From: Nitrospirales bacterium
GTDB taxonomy: Bacteria; Nitrospirota; Nitrospiria; Nitrospirales; UBA8639
Reading direction: 5' to 3'
NCBI GenBank assembly: GCA_965223295.1
Contig: CBDCWC010000002.1
Coordinates: 160,001 to 224,000, forward strand
Length of the DNA stretch: 64,000 nt
Both the position numbers and the translations under genes were made by a program. The stretch's first letter is position 1, and every line of letters starts with the position of its first letter. Below are positions 59,647 to 64,000 of the stretch, piece by piece. Under the pieces are notes generated by a model. The model made no database searches. It saw only the letters and a list, made by a program, of their open reading frames with translations, and was not told the origin of the DNA.

Positions 59647-62627
59647 CCCACTTGGCCTTTCTGAAGTCCTTCTAGCGTAAAACTTTTCAAAGATTCCGTG
59701 ATGGGTAAGATAAACGTGATGGTGACGTTCGATCCGATGGACTCAGCCCAAATCTCTCCGCCATGAGCTTCGATAATGCCTTTACAAATAGCTAATCCCA
59801 GACCCGTGCCACGGATGGTGTGGCCGCGTCGCAATGGACAGCGATAAAACCGGTCAAAGATTCGTTCCAAGTCCTGAGTTTGGATCGGTTCTCCCTCATT
59901 AGAGACTTGGATGACGATTTGTTGTAACTTCTCGAGGACGTTGAGTTGAATGAGTGAGCCGGGTGCAGAATATTTGGTGGCATTATCGAACAAGTTGATG
60001 AGAACCTGCTGTATGCCTAACGCATCAACATAGATGGGAGGGACATGCTCTGGAAAGTGTATGTCGATGTTTTGCCGAGTGACCGCCGATTCAATATGCC
60101 GGAGCGCACCTTCAACAATGTCCTCTAGCAGATGCCATTCGCGACGAGGCACGAGAGTGCCCGCCTCAATTTGAGACATATCTAACAGATTATCAATGAG
60201 CCGACTCATGTAGTTAATTTCCTGATCAATGCCGTTGAGAAACTCTTGTTGAATTCTTGACATCTCGCTAAGGGAATTTCCGGTAATACTGGATAGTGCG
60301 GTTTTCATGGCGGTCAGGGGCGTTCGCAATTCATGAGAGACGGAAGCAAGTAAAGCTGATTTCAGTTCATCGCTTTGGCGGAGGGCATCTCTCCGTTTGG
60401 ACTCGCTTTGTCGCAAGCGTTCTTCGGCGCTCCTGCGTTCGGTGATATCTTCTGAAACCCCAAGTATTTTTAATACCTCACCGCCTTGCCCATGAATGGG
60501 AATGAAGCTCTTCGTGAAGATGTGAACTTTCTCATGTATTGTGACGGTGAATTCACAATGTATCTGTTGGCCTTGGAGCGCTTGTCTAAAGTACCCTCTA
60601 AAGCGCTGGTGGTCGTGTGCTTCTACCAGCTCCAGGTAGGAGCACCCGATGATTTGTGATTCATCCTCGATTCTGATCATCTTCTGGCCAGCTTTGTTCA
60701 TGGAGCGAATTGTTCCGTCTAGTGATATTTCGTGAATACAAAACGGAATATGTTCAACCAAGGTTCGAAATCGGCCTTCACTGGCGCGCAGCTCGTTCTC
60801 GATGCGTTTGTGCTCGGTGATATCAATATTTAAGCCATCTAGGTAGAGAAGTTGACCTGTATCATCGAAAACGAAACGGCCTCTTGCCAGGATCCATTTT
60901 CCCTTTCCCTCCTTGGTAATAATTTGATGCTCGTTTTCATATGGAAGACCCTTGGCAAGCGCATCTTGAACTAGTGGCCAGACTCGTTCATTTTCACCAG
61001 GGGCTAGTAAGGTATCGTAGGTTACAGCTCCACTTAAGAATTCAGAAGCCGGAATTCCTGTGACTTCTTGAATCCCATCACTTGCATAGATGATTGTCCA
61101 CTTTTTGTTATTCAAACAACGGTAGGCAAACCCTTTGGGCAGCTGCCCCAGCATACTGTCAGTTAAGGTTTTCCATTCCTGTAAGGATTTTTCCCCTTCT
61201 TTGTGAGGCGTGATATCATAGCAGGAGCCGATAAAGCCGGCGAATTCTCCCTCAAGACTATTGAAAGGGTGTCCGACGTCAGTAATCCAACGATAGGTTC
61301 CATCATAGCGACGTAACCGATACTCCATTTCGAATCTCTCACGCGCCTCGAATGCGTTCTTGTAGGTTGTGAGGCAGTGCTCACGATCCTCAGGGTGGAC
61401 CCCGTACGTCCATCCGTTTCCTCTTTCTTCCTCTATAGCGCGCCCCGTGAATGCTAACCACGTCTGGTTAAAATATTCACACCCGGCATCTAGACCAGAT
61501 TGCCAAACCATTGCCGGAAATTTATCAAGCAGAGTCCGTGAAAAGTCTCTGGATCGGATAATCATTTCTTCCGCTTGTTTGCGTTCAGTGATATCACGTG
61601 CGACTCCGACCAATTTTTTTGCTTGACCGGTGTCCCCGGCTAGAGGAGCCTTGATGGTGTGGAACAAGCGAACCGTCCCATCGTGCCGAATAACGGGTTC
61701 CTCAGGAATGTCCAAGACCGTGCCAGCTTCAAACACACTTGTATCGGCCTTATGGTATTGCTTCGTATATTCAGGCTCATTAATTGGAGAATCCACAAGA
61801 CCTATGAGCTCATCGTTGGTCATGTTGTAAAACGCTCGAAAGGCCTTGTTCCCCCATATGAGCTTGAACTGCTGGTCTTTTAGAAAGACCATGTCAGAAA
61901 TAGAGTCTAGGATTTCTCGGTACATCTGTTCGGTATGACGAAGGTTGACTTCTGCCTGTTTGCGTTCTTCAATTTCTTTTTCCAATCTTCGACCATCTCG
62001 GACCCCTTTGCTGGTTGCAAGTATTCCCAGTAACCCAACGACAATGGCCATCACGAGTTCCCATCTTACCATTGTGCGTATGGCTGCCGACGAATAGGTA
62101 TTTAATTGTTTGACGGCCTGATCGGCGGCCTGGATCACCATCGTATGTTGGGTGCGGAGGGTTTGGAGTTGTGGCTGAAACTCTGGATGATCAGGGGGAA
62201 GCGAGAGTAAATGATCAGCCAGTTGGAAGATGTGATCGCTTTGCCTCTGCTGCTGCTGAAGTTTTTTGAGAATTTCTTGAGTGGGCACGGCAGGGACCGT
62301 TTGACGCTGATCAGTCTCGGGATTCACTATCACCGTTCCGCCCTCCATGAGTGTCTTAAGTGCTGACTGAATGAGGTGTCTGGTGGAAGCGTAGTCTGCT
62401 GCGGTTCCCTGAGACGTGAGGAACACTTCATTAAAATGTCGTTGGAACAGCATTCGCTGGCGACCTGCCGTATCGATCAGCAAGGCAGTCGAGTTATCTT
62501 TATGGAGTACCGTGATTGTGTAGACTAACAATCCTATCACGACGCATAAAAACATGACTGTAATGATGATGAAACGACGGCTGAGCGTAGATTGTTTGAA
62601 GAATTGTCGGAGCGATGATGGGGCCAT
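59643..62627 (-). CDS. Sensor kinase: NarX/PilJ-like periplasmic domain, four PAS domains, KdpD-like transmitter
   Basis: TM, IDTAGRQRML, TM; four PAS/PAC; LKSALLASVSHELRTPLT; NLLDMSQIEAG; GTGLGLAICKGIIEAHGG. Confidence 0.92.
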   Translation of the reverse strand: MAPSSLRQFFKQSTLSRRFIIITVMFLCVVIGLLVYTITVLHKDNSTALLIDTAGRQRMLFQRHFNEVFLTSQGTAADYASTRHLIQSALKTLMEGGTVIVNPETDQRQTVPAVPTQEILKKLQQQQRQSDHIFQLADHLLSLPPDHPEFQPQLQTLRTQHTMVIQAADQAVKQLNTYSSAAIRTMVRWELVMAIVVGLLGILATSKGVRDGRRLEKEIEERKQAEVNLRHTEQMYREILDSISDMVFLKDQQFKLIWGNKAFRAFYNMTNDELIGLVDSPINEPEYTKQYHKADTSVFEAGTVLDIPEEPVIRHDGTVRLFHTIKAPLAGDTGQAKKLVGVARDITERKQAEEMIIRSRDFSRTLLDKFPAMVWQSGLDAGCEYFNQTWLAFTGRAIEEERGNGWTYGVHPEDREHCLTTYKNAFEARERFEMEYRLRRYDGTYRWITDVGHPFNSLEGEFAGFIGSCYDITPHKEGEKSLQEWKTLTDSMLGQLPKGFAYRCLNNKKWTIIYASDGIQEVTGIPASEFLSGAVTYDTLLAPGENERVWPLVQDALAKGLPYENEHQIITKEGKGKWILARGRFVFDDTGQLLYLDGLNIDITEHKRIENELRASEGRFRTLVEHIPFCIHEISLDGTIRSMNKAGQKMIRIEDESQIIGCSYLELVEAHDHQRFRGYFRQALQGQQIHCEFTVTIHEKVHIFTKSFIPIHGQGGEVLKILGVSEDITERRSAEERLRQSESKRRDALRQSDELKSALLASVSHELRTPLTAMKTALSSITGNSLSEMSRIQQEFLNGIDQEINYMSRLIDNLLDMSQIEAGTLVPRREWHLLEDIVEGALRHIESAVTRQNIDIHFPEHVPPIYVDALGIQQVLINLFDNATKYSAPGSLIQLNVLEKLQQIVIQVSNEGEPIQTQDLERIFDRFYRCPLRRGHTIRGTGLGLAICKGIIEAHGGEIWAESIGSNVTITFILPITESLKSFTLEGLQKGQVG

Positions 62628-62920
62628 TGTCTAACCCTATTTCTTGCGGAATAGAAAAATGGTATTGGGTGCTTTACTTGGACTTTTCCCTCATAAATCT
62701 CTTACAGAGGATGTCCGCGACCCAGTATGATACCTGACAACGTAGAAAATTTTGAGCTGTAAGGTATGAAAATTAGGAAGAAATCATTCGCCATGTGATT
62801 TGGACGATGAGTTACTATACTCAACTGCCGTATGTGGATTCAAATTTTCAGCCTCACGAGATATACGTCTTCTACACATATTTATGAAACGAATGCTATG
62901 ATAGCTTTGGGAACAATGAT

Positions 62921-63111
62921 GGGAGTGTTGAATCATGAAGATATCAAAAGCCATGCTTCGCCATGGAGCCCTTGGCGATCAACAACCTCGGGTCTGTTCA
63001 AAAAAGTCCGTCCAGCAAGGCCGCAGCCCTTTTTGCGCGCGGAGCGTCCTGGCACGACGTGAGCACGGAACAATGGCGAGAACGCTGCTGGTGGCTTTTT
63101 TCAACTGACCC
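62921..63111 (+). mobile_element. MITE family A, 191 bp
   Basis: GGGAGTGTTGAA...TTCAACTGACCC; 5-bp duplication ATGAT. Confidence 0.92.
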
Positions 63112-63135
63112 ATGATTGATCTGTGAGGTTAGTGC

Positions 63136-64000
63136 ATGTTTCGTTCGTTCATGACCATCAAGACCTTAGGAATATTGATTTTTCTCGCCATCTTGTCTGT
63201 TTCTCAACGAGCTTGGCCGTTTTCTATTGCTGAGCCTAAAGCATCGAGTGTGTATGACGCTGGGGAACAGATCAACGTCACAATGGATTTAGGCGACCTG
63301 CCTGGAGTGACCAAAGTGAAATACTTTTGGTATCGAGAAGATGAGGATATGCTGAAAGAACTCGTCGAAAATCGATTAGCCTTGGTTTCAACGGCGAAAC
63401 ATACCCCTCCTTTTGGCGGAACAGTGTTGGTTCCACAGGATGCCATTGGCACATATCGTCTTTTAGCTGTAGCTGAGCAGGGAGGGCGGCAAGTCCAAAT
63501 GGCCCTCGAGGCGATTTTCGATGAAGTCATGATTCAGATTAAGCCCAATGCGCAACTCCTGAAAATTCAATTCCAAACAGATAAGCCCCTTCGGTTCGGG
63601 CGGGCAGGCAGTGCTCGAGTGTATGACCAATTAGACTCGTTGGGAACCACGTATGAGTTGCCGGTGGTGGGGGAATTTTCAGATGGTGTCATGCGTGGGC
63701 TTCGTTCACATACCACCGGTACCACCTATGTCTCGGCTAACGAAGCCGTGATCAGCGTGAATCAAGACGGCGTCTTGCGTCTCATGGGAAATGGGGAAAC
63801 GGTGCTCACGGTGAAAAACGGGGAGCATATGGAATCCCTTGATATTGTGGTGGAAGTCAATGATGAACCGAATGAAGCACCCGTGGCAGATGCTGGGAAG
63901 ACGCAAATTGTCTCTACGGGAGAACGTGTCATCTTAAATGGCTTGAACAGTTATGACCCTGATGGTGGTTCACTGCAGTATCATTGGTCGCAAGTGCGGG
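63136..64000 (+). CDS. Secreted Ig-like (Big_2) and PKD/K319L-like domain protein (partial)
   Basis: Hand translation: signal peptide MFRSFMTIKTLGILIFLAIL; YVSANEAVISVNQDG...GNGETVLTV; NEAPVADAG...LNGLNSYDPDGGSLQYHWSQV; open to the window end. Confidence 0.85.
   Translation, partial: MFRSFMTIKTLGILIFLAILSVSQRAWPFSIAEPKASSVYDAGEQINVTMDLGDLPGVTKVKYFWYREDEDMLKELVENRLALVSTAKHTPPFGGTVLVPQDAIGTYRLLAVAEQGGRQVQMALEAIFDEVMIQIKPNAQLLKIQFQTDKPLRFGRAGSARVYDQLDSLGTTYELPVVGEFSDGVMRGLRSHTTGTTYVSANEAVISVNQDGVLRLMGNGETVLTVKNGEHMESLDIVVEVNDEPNEAPVADAGKTQIVSTGERVILNGLNSYDPDGGSLQYHWSQVR

Overview
Bacterial chromosomal window with no rRNA, tRNA, CRISPR, phage or transposase genes recognised. The gene repertoire and repeat families resemble marine Nitrospirales, which is an inference from pattern recognition only. 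It is rich in signalling: several PAS histidine kinases and receivers, a sigma54 activator, an ECF sigma/anti-sigma pair, LuxR and TetR. It also carries a Gram-negative sortase module, a peptide ABC transporter, lgt, Mrp/Rieske genes, one intact and one decayed toxin-antitoxin locus and several broken genes. Non-coding structure not shown by the ORF track: two c-di-GMP-I riboswitches; about seven sigma28-like promoters; two clear sigma54 promoters, one with enhancer palindromes and IHF sites; TetR operators; two MITE families with 5-bp and 4-bp target duplications; smaller hairpin repeats nested inside the MITEs; and REP-like palindromes. Best candidates for an undescribed system: (1) an OrpR-like Cys-PAS sigma54 activator next to a small CxxC protein, Mrp and Rieske genes; (2) a sigma28 plus c-di-GMP riboswitch circuit over a two-component operon and a tandem-repeat surface protein; (3) a three-tier nested mobile repeat system; (4) a NarX/PilJ-sensor kinase wired to a KdpDE-type output.
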